Assembly: GCA_964605155.1 (NCBI GenBank)
Contig: CAZSAK010000012.1
Coordinates: 16,746-80,745 of the forward strand
Origin: an uncultured Chromatiaceae bacterium
GTDB taxonomy: Bacteria; Pseudomonadota; Gammaproteobacteria; SZUA-140
Length of the DNA stretch: 64,000 nt
Direction: 5' to 3'
Shown here: positions 40,182-50,736 of the stretch, one piece after another
How positions within the stretch are numbered: the first letter of the stretch is position 1
Layout: each line of letters starts with the position of its first letter
Made by a program: the position numbers and the translations under genes
The notes under the pieces: generated by a model
The model's input: only the letters and a program-made list of their open reading frames with translations
What the model was told of the DNA's origin: nothing
Databases searched by the model: none

Positions 40182-41270
40182 TCAAGTCTGGCCCGCATTC
40201 TCCCTGGTGGATTCGATTGCGCGCAGGGTGACTGCCAGATGCTCAGCCAGTAATTCCGGTGTGGCGGAGTAGGAAACCTGGCAAGCATCACGGATATATT
40301 GCGGCGTGCTAGGGAAACGACTGCTCTCGCTGTCCTGCGTCCAGACGACACCACCGTGATCCGTAATTGCATTGCAACCCTCGATGCCTGTTCTGCCGAT
40401 ACCACTGAAAACGATGGCGCCGGCATTTCTACCGTATTTTTTTGCAACCATGGTCAATATCTTGTCAATCGCCGGTGTGATGTCCGACGATGTAGACGGC
40501 GGCACAAGGTTTATCTTCCCAAGTTCATCTATCATCAGTGTTTCGTCAACGAGAGGCAATATGATCACATCTTGATGACGTATGCTATGGCCCGCCTCTG
40601 GTGGCTGCACATGGTAGCTGGTTCCTGCAGCAAAAAGTCGTGAGGCAAGGGTGACGACATTCTCGCCAAGATACTGTGCGATTATAAAACCGATGGGCAG
40701 ATCACCCGGGAGTGCGGACAAAAAACGCCTGATTGCCTCGATCCCGCCCATAGACCCTGTCAGCACCCAGACGCGTCGCGCCGGAATATCATGGTTTACG
40801 CTTCCAGCTGGCTTTGCGGTCTCCACCGCTATATGACCTACATCACCACCTTGCGATTCAGTGGCATTATGACGAGCGGGTGACTCAGGTGTCCTGTCCG
40901 AATCCTTATCAATTCTTGCGCCTCGCCGAAACAATGATGTCAGTTTGTTGGACAATTTACGACCCAGCTCCTCCTCTGTCTGACCGTTTTTCAAGGTAAC
41001 GTCGCTGTCGCTGAATACAATGGGAATATCAAGTCTCTCAAATAATGTATCCAGATATTCCTTTTGCAGCGCCTCTCCATCTTCCAGATCAACCAGTAAT
41101 ACATCAGCGCCGTTGCGAGCGAGCTGGTCCGGTAAATCCGGAACAAATGCTGTATTTAACACAACATCCAGACCTTGCCCCAGCAGAATATCGCCCAGGC
41201 CTGATCGGGTCTCACCGTTATGGTGTACGATCGCCACCTTAAGCGGTCTTGTATCAACTGTATTTAACAC
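40182..41270 (-). CDS. CheB-type chemotaxis methylesterase with a degenerate N-terminal receiver-like domain
   Basis: The C-terminal methylesterase motifs are present (VWVLTGSMGGIEAI, FSGIGRTGIEG). The N-domain has REC-like topology, but HH replaces the acidic pair. Confidence 0.75.
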   Translation of the reverse strand: MLNTVDTRPLKVAIVHHNGETRSGLGDILLGQGLDVVLNTAFVPDLPDQLARNGADVLLVDLEDGEALQKEYLDTLFERLDIPIVFSDSDVTLKNGQTEEELGRKLSNKLTSLFRRGARIDKDSDRTPESPARHNATESQGGDVGHIAVETAKPAGSVNHDIPARRVWVLTGSMGGIEAIRRFLSALPGDLPIGFIIAQYLGENVVTLASRLFAAGTSYHVQPPEAGHSIRHQDVIILPLVDETLMIDELGKINLVPPSTSSDITPAIDKILTMVAKKYGRNAGAIVFSGIGRTGIEGCNAITDHGGVVWTQDSESSRFPSTPQYIRDACQVSYSATPELLAEHLAVTLRAIESTRENAGQT

Positions 41271-41455
41271 CCCGGGGATGCCATGTCAGCAAAGTTATTT
41301 ATATAAGAGTGATTCACCCCGAAATTCCTGCTCGCTGTTTATTTTCCAGAAGTCACGGCACATTTATAGCATACCGGGGTAATTACTTAAACGTCGGGTT
41401 AAGATTGCCTGTCTGCAGGCATTGCCATTGCGCCTGCGATTATGTTAGTTCATTA

Positions 41456-43921
41456 CTATGTGATCGATAGTTGCCGGATTGCCTTCAGATTACCCACATC
41501 TTCCCCCAGTAAGGCACCGAGCTCCAGCACGAGTACCAGCCGTTTGTCACTCAGGAGTGTTGCCCCGGATATCACCTTGACCCTGTTCATCTCAGGCACA
41601 GGCTGGTTGATAATCACTTCCCTTTGTCCCTTGATCTGATCTACCTGTAATGCAATGCGCTTATTACCCATGGAGATCAATATCACGGGATACTGTGCAT
41701 CCCCGCCGGCTGTTATATCCCGCTGTTCAAACCCCAGCACCATGGCAAGATTGCGGAACTGATAGGTGTACCCCTTGTATTTATATATATGTTCATCAAG
41801 TGATCTCAACGCATCAATTTCCAGTGCGCCCAGATACAGCACATCGTCGACATTGGCCAGCGGAATGGCATATATCTCACTATCGACCTGCACGGTTAAT
41901 GCCTGCATGACGTTCAGCTCACAGGGAACGCATATTGTAAAGCTGTTGCCCGCCGCTGCAGACGTGTTATAGGTGACATCTCCACCCATGGCCTTGACGA
42001 TACGCGCAATATCGGATAACTGAATACCGGACGACTTTAAACCAGCCAGATTGCTCTCCCTGTTAAAACCGCCGTTGAACATCAGCATCGAGAGCTCGGC
42101 GATTGTAAACGGTTCTTTTTCATGTATGTATCCAAGCTCCACTGCCCTTTGCCGTAATCCGGCGGAGTCGATAGCAATGCCGTCATCACGGATATTGATG
42201 ACCAGCTCCATACCCTGTTTGGTAAATTCCAGGGTGATGGTTCCGCCCAGAGGCTTGCCTGAATTTACCCGGGACACAGCAACTTCGATTCCGTGTTCAA
42301 TACAAAAACCTATGAGACACTTCAACGGTTCGATCAGGTTATCCAGCAAGATCCTGTCCAGCCTGATATGCTGTCCGATGACATTTAAAGTGACAATCTT
42401 TGATTGTTCATCAGCTTTATGCCTGACAACATGTTCAAGCATCTTAATGCGGGATTCAATTGATACGATACGTGCCTGACGCAGTCCCGCCTTCATCGAA
42501 GCAATGATTTGCCGTTGCTGTTCGATATGCTGTCCCAGCTGATTCAGCTGTTTCAGGTTTTGGTCATGCGCTCTGTCCGATTCATCCAGGTACTCGTTCA
42601 AGAGACTGTCGTTGTCTCCGCTATTTTCACTGTTACCTGATGCCGAGGATGACCTTGCAATGCGTATATAATTGCGCAGTTGCCCGGTCTCATGCTTCAA
42701 TTCATCGATATACGACCTTAGCAGTTCATACGTTTCGTCGATTGCATGCTGCATATCATCCATCCTGTCAACATGTTCCTCCGTCCGGTCACGAATGCCC
42801 GAAGCTGGACGGTATGACGGTCGATTTTGTGTTTTATCAGGCCGACCTGGACTATGTTCGTCAGGTACGGCCGGGTGCGGATGCCTGAGCGCGATCTGTT
42901 CTCCATTGCCATCATGATCAACCCCCTGCGTCAATCCGTCCACCGGCTCGGTGAGTTGCCTGCTGATCCTGAACACCTGTTCCTCGACCGGGTTTATAGT
43001 CTCACGATGGATGTACTGATCGACGAGCGAGCTCAATTGTTCATAGGACTGATCCAACAGCTCGTTTATCTCTTCCCGATGTTGCTCATCACTACGCTGC
43101 AATAATGCAATAAGCAACTCCATACCATGACTCAACTCAACCACCTCTTCAAGTCCTGCATCCAACGCTCCTGTACTCAGGGATGCAAGAACCTTACGAA
43201 ACTCCTTGATTAATACGCCACTGTCACGTGATTTCTGCAACATATGCAACACCATCCTGCCCGACTTTATGTACTTGCCGGCAATCCGCATGAATTGTCT
43301 TCTCAGGTCATCATCCACCTTCTCCCTGCCCGTTATATCTTCGGGAGACAATGTATTTGATGTTTCTATATATGAAGGCATGAGGTCATCATGGTACCTG
43401 TTCTGATCGGACATGACTGATCGCTCGTTGGACAGACTATACGATGTCAACGATGAAGACAGTGATACAAGTCGCTTTGTATTGCTTTCTACTTCAGTCA
43501 ACAAGCTTTCCTGCTGATTCACGTCTGCAGACAGTCCTTCCAGGTAATATGACATTTCATCAAGTAAGCCGAGAAATAATCGTGATCCATCATGATCGAG
43601 AAACGCGATATCGGGACGGGCCGGGATAGCAGTGATAAACTGATTACAGGCGTTAAGGGCATTGGCGATGCGGGTAAGATTCAACATAATCATGCTGCCG
43701 GAAATCAATCTCAGGCGGTCTTGTATGTCCTGAACTTTATCGTACTCGAAATCACTCTGCAGGGACTCAAAGGAATTCTTTACCACGAAGAGCTCCTCGA
43801 GAGCCTGCTCGATAACAGGATCCATGAATTTCCTTAATATACGTTCTGAACCGGATTCATCAGAAGCATCTGTCCAAAGCATGTCCTTCATCAGCTCTTT
43901 GTAATCTTTTTCGTCCGACAT
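41456..43921 (-). CDS. CheA-type histidine kinase fused to a C-terminal CheW domain
   Basis: 821 aa. The HATPase region is marked by LIGFCIEHGIE and ITLEFTKQGMELVINIRDDGIAID. A C-terminal CheW-like block (IYAIPLANV...ILISMGNKRIALQVDQI) is present, and an N-terminal Hpt-like helix bundle. Confidence 0.8.
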   Translation of the reverse strand: MSDEKDYKELMKDMLWTDASDESGSERILRKFMDPVIEQALEELFVVKNSFESLQSDFEYDKVQDIQDRLRLISGSMIMLNLTRIANALNACNQFITAIPARPDIAFLDHDGSRLFLGLLDEMSYYLEGLSADVNQQESLLTEVESNTKRLVSLSSSLTSYSLSNERSVMSDQNRYHDDLMPSYIETSNTLSPEDITGREKVDDDLRRQFMRIAGKYIKSGRMVLHMLQKSRDSGVLIKEFRKVLASLSTGALDAGLEEVVELSHGMELLIALLQRSDEQHREEINELLDQSYEQLSSLVDQYIHRETINPVEEQVFRISRQLTEPVDGLTQGVDHDGNGEQIALRHPHPAVPDEHSPGRPDKTQNRPSYRPASGIRDRTEEHVDRMDDMQHAIDETYELLRSYIDELKHETGQLRNYIRIARSSSASGNSENSGDNDSLLNEYLDESDRAHDQNLKQLNQLGQHIEQQRQIIASMKAGLRQARIVSIESRIKMLEHVVRHKADEQSKIVTLNVIGQHIRLDRILLDNLIEPLKCLIGFCIEHGIEVAVSRVNSGKPLGGTITLEFTKQGMELVINIRDDGIAIDSAGLRQRAVELGYIHEKEPFTIAELSMLMFNGGFNRESNLAGLKSSGIQLSDIARIVKAMGGDVTYNTSAAAGNSFTICVPCELNVMQALTVQVDSEIYAIPLANVDDVLYLGALEIDALRSLDEHIYKYKGYTYQFRNLAMVLGFEQRDITAGGDAQYPVILISMGNKRIALQVDQIKGQREVIINQPVPEMNRVKVISGATLLSDKRLVLVLELGALLGEDVGNLKAIRQLSIT

Positions 43922-43943
43922 CGCGTCTTATTCCATCATGTCT

Positions 43944-46031
43944 TCAGCATTTAGGTAAATCTGCACCTGCATTTTTCCAGGAGTCTCTCAATTGTGCCGC
44001 CAGTTTTTCCAGCGATTCAACACCAGCCATGATGTCATTGACACCAGCCGACAGATCAACAATATGCTGTTGTAATGAGGCAATTCCGTCAGCTGCCTCA
44101 TTGAGGCTATTAAACTGACGTTCCAGGATAGTCACGACATTCCCTATCCTATCGATCAATGTTGCATTGTCTTCAATGGATTGCCCCTTGGAATTAGCGC
44201 CTTCCTCACCTGGCATCGTCAATACACCCAGATGCTCCTTGAACGTTGCAACATCTGCCAGTATTTTACCAATGACAGTAGCAAATTCATCGTCTAATTC
44301 AGTCAGTCGCCTGGATATACCTGTAATTCGATGGGCGTGTTGTTGTATTTCATCTGCTGCAAACAGCCCTACTGGTTCATCGTCCCCGTTCACGTGGATC
44401 GCGGTATTCAACGCAATCAGATTGATCTTCGATGCCTCGCTGCTGATCCGTCCGGCGACCCCGCTGATGTCTGGAAGATACTCGCGGATAAGCAGCATGG
44501 ACTGCTGCAAAGTGTCGACCTGGTCATCAAGGCGGGTAATCCCGCTTTCCAGCTCGCTAACCGGTGCACGGGCAGAATTCATACCGGATTGTACATATTT
44601 ATCCAGCATCCCTTTCAGGTTGATCGCTTCATCCATGCCACGTTTCATTGTATTAACTGTATCTTCAAGAGTATTTTCTGCACTGTCGGCCTGTTGGGCC
44701 AGTCCGTCACTGACTTCGACAATTGCTAATATCGATTCATGCATGCCGTTTGATACGGACAATATTTGTACTACCGTTTGATCAACATGTTCAGCATGTT
44801 TTCGCACCGGTTCGAGTGCTGTGTTGACAGCATCGTGATATGATGATGTCAGTTCTCGCCGCGGTCTGGCCTCGTAATCACCACCGGCAATATCTCCTAT
44901 TGAATCTTGGACGAAGTCAACCAGCTCCTGAGGGCTGATATTGTCCGGCCGGGAAGTACCGTTGCTGGCTATAGATATGAGTTGCAATATAATGAGTGTT
45001 ATAAAAACCAATACACCTGCGCCCAGCAATGTCCACATAAGTGGTGTGATATTGTATTGCGGTTCCGCCTTGTCGAATGCTTGCACTAATGTCCCGGTCG
45101 CCTGTATAAACGACGGTTTTATACGTATGCTGTCGCGTACCGCAAAATTCAACCTCGCCAGTTCGGGTTCCAGGTTCAGTATGCCCGTTATCGAATCGCT
45201 CACACGATGATAGATCAAGAGGATTCCGGACAGTTTATCCCTGATAGCGTCGTCACTGACCTTGAGCTGACCACTGCCAAGCATAGCTTGAAGCGTTTGC
45301 TCAAAGATCGCTGAATCTCGCCCGATGGAAGAATAGATCCGCGACCGAGTCTCATCGCCGATCATTCCGCTACGGCTGATATCATTGACCCCCTTTTCGA
45401 TACGCTGTATCAGCACCAACTGTCTTGTCGCATTATAGATATCCCGGGCGTTTGCACCATTTTTAACAAGATCTCTGGCGACCTCTTCCGACAATGACAC
45501 TATTTCCGGAATCGACAAGCTGATGTTTACGAGCAATCCTGTCAATTTTGACAATGAGTGTTCACCATTCAGTATTATGCTTATATCAGCCCTGTAGTCC
45601 TGCCAGACAACATCAACAGTTTGTAACGCAGGTGTCAGTCCGGTTCTTGAGGATATGCCTTTACCGGTAACACCTGTCCTGATGTCGCGCAATAATTGTT
45701 CGAACCGACTGGTATGTGTCCTTAGCGCGTCAATGCCCGGTTTTAAACGGTTTTTTGCAATATCTTCGATATCCATGCCAAGCTGGCCGGCTATCATTTG
45801 CTGTTGATGTATATCTTTATACAGCTGATTGTTTCGTTGGTAGCGGAGATCCGTATAAGAAAACATCACCATCATCGCAATGATCACGATCACGAATACA
45901 CCCGCAATCATGCTCAAATTTGAGCCTTCACCCTGATCTGCTACGACAGTGTTTTGTATGGACTCGGACATAAACCTTTCAAACCCTCTTGAATCAACCA
46001 TCCTGGACCATGGATCCGGTGGCGGTCTCAC
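43944..46031 (-). CDS. Methyl-accepting chemotaxis protein
   Basis: It has a TM segment and a highly conserved signalling-domain core (EASKINLIALNTAIH...GLFAADEIQQHAHRI). Confidence 0.8.
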   Translation of the reverse strand: MRPPPDPWSRMVDSRGFERFMSESIQNTVVADQGEGSNLSMIAGVFVIVIIAMMVMFSYTDLRYQRNNQLYKDIHQQQMIAGQLGMDIEDIAKNRLKPGIDALRTHTSRFEQLLRDIRTGVTGKGISSRTGLTPALQTVDVVWQDYRADISIILNGEHSLSKLTGLLVNISLSIPEIVSLSEEVARDLVKNGANARDIYNATRQLVLIQRIEKGVNDISRSGMIGDETRSRIYSSIGRDSAIFEQTLQAMLGSGQLKVSDDAIRDKLSGILLIYHRVSDSITGILNLEPELARLNFAVRDSIRIKPSFIQATGTLVQAFDKAEPQYNITPLMWTLLGAGVLVFITLIILQLISIASNGTSRPDNISPQELVDFVQDSIGDIAGGDYEARPRRELTSSYHDAVNTALEPVRKHAEHVDQTVVQILSVSNGMHESILAIVEVSDGLAQQADSAENTLEDTVNTMKRGMDEAINLKGMLDKYVQSGMNSARAPVSELESGITRLDDQVDTLQQSMLLIREYLPDISGVAGRISSEASKINLIALNTAIHVNGDDEPVGLFAADEIQQHAHRITGISRRLTELDDEFATVIGKILADVATFKEHLGVLTMPGEEGANSKGQSIEDNATLIDRIGNVVTILERQFNSLNEAADGIASLQQHIVDLSAGVNDIMAGVESLEKLAAQLRDSWKNAGADLPKC

Positions 46032-46263
46032 CTGTGACGTTTTGATTGTTATATGAATGAAGTCAGAGAGGCAGTGATACCCTTTTTCCTCACATCTTGC
46101 CGTCCAGGGCTCACCAAGAAGGGTGTATCAAACACTCATTTATCAGTGAAAACTTCTAGCTTTCCTTGTGTCGTCATCAGATGGCTGGATCTGATGACGT
46201 GTGGATTATTGTTATACTGTAATCGTTGCATGGCGCCGACTTGTTCGTACAACGGACAGTCCT

Positions 46264-46704
46264 TCAGGACGCCATCTTGTCGCTGACTATATCCTGAGCA
46301 CCCTCGTCCAGGTAGCGCGATATCACTTCAAGCAGCTCATCGCGTGTGAAGGGTTTTAGTATATAGTGACTGGCTCCGACCACACGGCCACGAACCCGGT
46401 CATACTCCCTGTCCTTTGCACCCAGCAATATCACAGGCGTCTCCTTGAACAATGGATTCTGCTTGATCACGGCACAAACCTGATAACCGTTGATTCGCGG
46501 TATCTTTACATCAAGCAGGATCAGCTGCGGACGAAATTCCACTATATGGGCCAGTGCCGCAAAGCCGTCACCGGTGGTTGCCACTTCATAGCCCGCCTTC
46601 TGCAGTAATGACCTGGTGACACACTGCATGCCAAGATTGTCATCCACGACCATAATCCTGGTTTTATCCGTCGAGTGATCGCCTGTTACATTCTTCACTG
46701 TCAA
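46264..46704 (-). CDS. Single-domain CheY-like response regulator (PilG/PilH-like)
   Basis: The REC motifs are present (IMVVDDNLG...LILLDVKIPRINGY...ILLGAKD...KP). Confidence 0.85.
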   Translation of the reverse strand: MTVKNVTGDHSTDKTRIMVVDDNLGMQCVTRSLLQKAGYEVATTGDGFAALAHIVEFRPQLILLDVKIPRINGYQVCAVIKQNPLFKETPVILLGAKDREYDRVRGRVVGASHYILKPFTRDELLEVISRYLDEGAQDIVSDKMAS

Positions 46705-46925
46705 ACCCCGAATCAGGAACGGTACCCGGCCGCTCTATTCAACACAGCAACTGATGAATATTATACAACTTATACTGTTGACGCGTGATAATATGGCAGT
46801 ATTGCAGGTAATGTCGCGGCGCACGGAATGATGTCCGATTTCAATAATTTTATTATGAAAATCATAGTATTAAATTATCATTCCAAGAGGCCACGGTGAT
46901 ATTCCGGTTTTAATCCACCCATGAC

Positions 46926-48260
46926 TTGCAGTATGGTATTGCCAGTCTAGAAAACAGGAATCCTATGAGTATCGAGCACCTTCATCCGGTCCCTCACCTG
47001 ACGACCGTATTATCCGGACCACTGCAACATATCGAGAGTCATCTGCTTGATCGGCAGGCTGCGATTGAATCCTGGTTACGTCGTGAGTGGCAAACCACGC
47101 CTCCCCCGTTTTACGCATCGGTCGATCTGCGCAATGCGGGTTTCAAGCTTGCACCGGTCGACACCAACCTGTTCCCCGCCGGATTCAATAACTTGAATCC
47201 GGCCTTCATCCCCTTGTGTATACAGGCCGTTCAATCCGCCATTGAGCGGATATGCCCGACGGCGAACCAGATCCTGCTGATACCCGAAAGTCACACCCGT
47301 AATATGTACTACCTGGAAAGTCTTGCCACTTTGCAGGACATCCTGACAAAGGCCGGTTACGAGGTCCGCATCGGCACCCTGATCGAGGATATCGAGACAC
47401 CCCATGAAATAAATCTGCCGTCAGAGCGCAGGATAGTGCTTGAAACGCCGCAGCGTAATGGTAATCTTCTTGAACTACCCGGCTTTTCTCCCTGCATGAT
47501 TCTGCTCAACAATGATCTGGCCGGAGGCCGGCCCGCAATCCTTGAGGCTCTGGAAAAACCCGTGATCCCGCCGCTGGAACTCGGCTGGTCAACGCGGCTT
47601 AAATCGAATCATTTCAAACATTACAAGGGGGTCGTCGATGAATTTGCAGGGCTTATCGACATCGATCCGTGGTTGATCGATCCCTTGTTCCTGCAGTGTG
47701 GCGAAATCGATTTTATGAAACGTGAAGGGGAAGAATGCCTGGAAACGAATGTTTCATCCCTGCTGAATTCCATTCAACGCAAATACGACGAATACAAGAT
47801 AGACAGAAAACCGTTTGTCGTCGTCAAGGCGGATGCTGGCACCTATGGTATGGGCGTGATGATGGTAAACTCGACCTCAGAGATCAAGGGTCTCAACCGT
47901 CAGCAACGTACCAAGATGGCGGCGACCAAGGGCGGCAGAACAACGACCAAGGTTATCCTGCAGGAAGGTGTCTACACTTTCGAAACCTGGGGAAGTGCAC
48001 AGTCTGTCGCCGAACCGGTGGTCTATATGATCGACCACTTCGTAGTTGGCGGATTTTACCGCGTCCATACCCGACGCAGCGCGGATGAAAACCTTAATGC
48101 CCCGGGCATGCAATTCGAACCGCTGGCCTTTGCCGAAACCTGTATCACGCCCGAACTCAAAATGGCCCCTGATGCCAATCCCAACCGGTTTTATGCCTAC
48201 GGCGTCATCGCGAGACTCGCCCTGTTGGCAGCGGCACGTGAAAAGGCCGAATTGAAGTAA
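46926..48260 (+). CDS. gshA: Glutamate--cysteine ligase (proteobacterial GshA-type)
   Basis: 444 aa and immediately upstream of gshB. The N-terminal pattern ASVDLRNAGFKLAPVDTNLFPAGFNNL is typical of this GCL family. Confidence 0.65.
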   Translation: MQYGIASLENRNPMSIEHLHPVPHLTTVLSGPLQHIESHLLDRQAAIESWLRREWQTTPPPFYASVDLRNAGFKLAPVDTNLFPAGFNNLNPAFIPLCIQAVQSAIERICPTANQILLIPESHTRNMYYLESLATLQDILTKAGYEVRIGTLIEDIETPHEINLPSERRIVLETPQRNGNLLELPGFSPCMILLNNDLAGGRPAILEALEKPVIPPLELGWSTRLKSNHFKHYKGVVDEFAGLIDIDPWLIDPLFLQCGEIDFMKREGEECLETNVSSLLNSIQRKYDEYKIDRKPFVVVKADAGTYGMGVMMVNSTSEIKGLNRQQRTKMAATKGGRTTTKVILQEGVYTFETWGSAQSVAEPVVYMIDHFVVGGFYRVHTRRSADENLNAPGMQFEPLAFAETCITPELKMAPDANPNRFYAYGVIARLALLAAAREKAELK

Positions 48261-48327
48261 GCGCGGCTGGTATCCGCCACAGTGATCGTCTATAACAATC
48301 TCCACATTCCCGTATGCCGTTCAGCCC

Positions 48328-49272
48328 ATGATTAAGCTCGGTGTCGTTATGGATCCCATCGAGTCCATCAACCCCAAAAAGGACAGTACCCTGGCGATGC
48401 TGATAGAGGCGCAGGCACGGGGTTGGCAACTCTATTATATGGAACAGCGGGATTTGTACTTGAGAGACAACCGGTCTTGTGCACATATGCAGCATTTGAC
48501 GGTGCATGATGATCCGCACAAATGGTTCGAACTATCGGTTGATGGCCACAGACCACTTGCCGATCTCGATATTATCCTGATGCGCAAGGATCCGCCGTTC
48601 GATATCGAATACATCTATACCACCCATCTGCTTGAGTTGGCCGAACGGGAGGATGTCCTGGTGGTCAACAGACCGCAGGCCTTGCGTGATGCCAATGAAA
48701 AGCTTTCCACTGCGTGGTTCCCGCAATGTACCGCACCGTGCCTGGTCACACGTGATGCCCGACAAATCAAGTCATTTATCGCTGAACAGCAGGACATCAT
48801 ATTAAAACCACTGTCCGCCATGGGCGGGGAATCCATCTTCCGGGTACGCCAGGATGAACCCAACATCAACGTGATCATCGAAGTCATGACTGAGCGCGGT
48901 AAAAAATTTGTCATGGCGCAACGCTACATACCCGAGATCAGCGAGGGCGACAAACGTATCCTGCTCATCGATGGCGAAGCTGTTCCCTATGCGCTGGCAA
49001 GGATAGCGGCACCAGGCGAGACGCGTGCCAACCTGGCGACTGGCGGTACGGGTATCGGGGTGCCGTTGAGCGAACGCCAGCAGTGGATCTGTAATGAAGT
49101 TGGTCCGAAGCTGAAGGCGATGGGCTTGATATTTGTCGGTCTAGACGTCATCGGAGACTTTCTTACCGAGATCAATGTCACCAGCCCGACATGCATACGG
49201 GAACTGGATGCACTTTACGATATGAATATCAGCGCAATCCTGTTGGATAAGATCGAGGCAAGGTTGGCATGA
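48328..49272 (+). CDS. gshB: Glutathione synthetase
   Basis: The N-terminus MIKLGVVMDPIESINPKKDS is the GshB N-domain. An ATP-grasp C-terminus is present. 314 aa. Confidence 0.9.
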   Translation: MIKLGVVMDPIESINPKKDSTLAMLIEAQARGWQLYYMEQRDLYLRDNRSCAHMQHLTVHDDPHKWFELSVDGHRPLADLDIILMRKDPPFDIEYIYTTHLLELAEREDVLVVNRPQALRDANEKLSTAWFPQCTAPCLVTRDARQIKSFIAEQQDIILKPLSAMGGESIFRVRQDEPNINVIIEVMTERGKKFVMAQRYIPEISEGDKRILLIDGEAVPYALARIAAPGETRANLATGGTGIGVPLSERQQWICNEVGPKLKAMGLIFVGLDVIGDFLTEINVTSPTCIRELDALYDMNISAILLDKIEARLA

Positions 49273-49319
49273 ATATTTCATTTTCCAATTCCTATACCGG
49301 ATTCCGGAGATATCGAAAT

Positions 49320-50378
49320 ATGTTTCAGATAATGCAAAAACTCTATCATACGGCGTTATGCGTGTGCATTGTGCTCATTGCCACGGGCTGTAGCGATAAT
49401 GAGTCGAAACTGCACCAGGCACGCCTGGTAGCCTTCGGGACTCTGGTCGATATCAGTACCTGGGGCGTCGATGATGACGTCGCGGAGCAGGCCGTTGCAG
49501 CGGTCGAATCCACCTTCAATAAAATCGATCACACCTGGCACGCCTGGCATCCCAGCGATTTGACACAGATTGACACCCAGCTGGCAAAAGGCGAGCAGGT
49601 CGAGCTGGATGCGGATAAAATAGCATTCTTCAAGAAAGCCATGCGGCTGGCCGATGCTAGTGGTGAACTTTTCAACCCGGCTATCGGCAAATTGATTGCG
49701 TTATGGGGTTTCAATCAGGATGACCGGCCTCAAGGGCCACCGCCCGATCCCGCCGCGATCACATCGTTGTTGGCACTGCACCCGAGTATGGACGATCTCA
49801 TCATTACCGATACAACCTTGAAGAGCAGCAATCCCGCCGTACGCTTCGACTTTGGTGGTTATGCCAAGGGCTACGCAATCGACCAGGCGATGGCCGTGTT
49901 GCGCGCACGTGGCATCGACAATGCCATCATCAACGCAGGGGGTGACCTGCGCGCCATCGGCGTCCATGGCGATCGTCCCTGGCGCATCGGCATCCGCCAT
50001 CCGAGAAACCCTGGTATTATCGCCTCAGTGGAAACCTCCGGCGATGAAAGCGTATTCACCTCGGGAACCTATGAGCGCTTCTTCGAATATGACGGAGTCA
50101 CTTATCACCACATCATTGACCCGCGCGATGGATATCCTGCGAAACACACGCTGTCCGTCACCATTATCTATGATGACGCCGCCACGGCAGACACCGCTGC
50201 CACGGCACTGGTCGTTGCGGGCCCTGAACTATGGCAAAAGACCGCTGCGCAAATGGGCATCACACAGGTCATGCTGATCGACGATCAGCTGACCGTTTAC
50301 ATGACCCCGGCGATGGCGAAACGTATTCACTTCGAAATCGACCCGCCCCCAAAGGTAATCATCGGTGATGTGTCATGA
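49320..50378 (+). CDS. apbE: FAD:protein FMN transferase (lipoprotein)
   Basis: It has a lipobox (LIATGC) and is an ApbE-family protein of about 350 aa. The motif YHHIIDPRDG is present. Confidence 0.8.
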   Translation: MFQIMQKLYHTALCVCIVLIATGCSDNESKLHQARLVAFGTLVDISTWGVDDDVAEQAVAAVESTFNKIDHTWHAWHPSDLTQIDTQLAKGEQVELDADKIAFFKKAMRLADASGELFNPAIGKLIALWGFNQDDRPQGPPPDPAAITSLLALHPSMDDLIITDTTLKSSNPAVRFDFGGYAKGYAIDQAMAVLRARGIDNAIINAGGDLRAIGVHGDRPWRIGIRHPRNPGIIASVETSGDESVFTSGTYERFFEYDGVTYHHIIDPRDGYPAKHTLSVTIIYDDAATADTAATALVVAGPELWQKTAAQMGITQVMLIDDQLTVYMTPAMAKRIHFEIDPPPKVIIGDVS

Positions 50379-50734
50379 CGAGAGCTGATTTTCTTGTCGC
50401 AATGCTTGCGCTAGGCATGCTGCCTTTACTATATAACAGATATTGGGAGGAGCCGGTTGAGGGCGAAGACGCCGAGATCATGGCGGGCGACGACAAGAAA
50501 CTGAAAGTTTCATTGAATACCAATCGCCGATTGAACATCGAGGGACCGCTGGGAACCAGTGTCCTCGAGGTACAGGACAGCAGAATACGTTTCGTCAGCT
50601 CCCCGTGCCGTGGCAAACAATGTATTCACAGCGGCTGGTTGCAAAACACGGGCGACTTCGCCGCCTGCTTGCCTAATCATATCAGTGTAACTGTACGCGG
50701 CAACAACCGACACTACGATGCCATCAATTTTTAA
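50375..50734 (+). CDS. Small membrane-anchored protein, possibly NusG-II/DUF1312-like
   Basis: 119 aa with an N-terminal TM helix and a CRGKQC motif. It overlaps the apbE stop codon. Confidence 0.4.
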   Translation: MTRADFLVAMLALGMLPLLYNRYWEEPVEGEDAEIMAGDDKKLKVSLNTNRRLNIEGPLGTSVLEVQDSRIRFVSSPCRGKQCIHSGWLQNTGDFAACLPNHISVTVRGNNRHYDAINF

Positions 50735-50736
50735 CA

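Noticed and set aside
44167-44781. A 204-aa plus-strand ORF
   Set aside because: It is antisense to the MCP gene. The MCP signalling domain on the opposite strand is strongly conserved.
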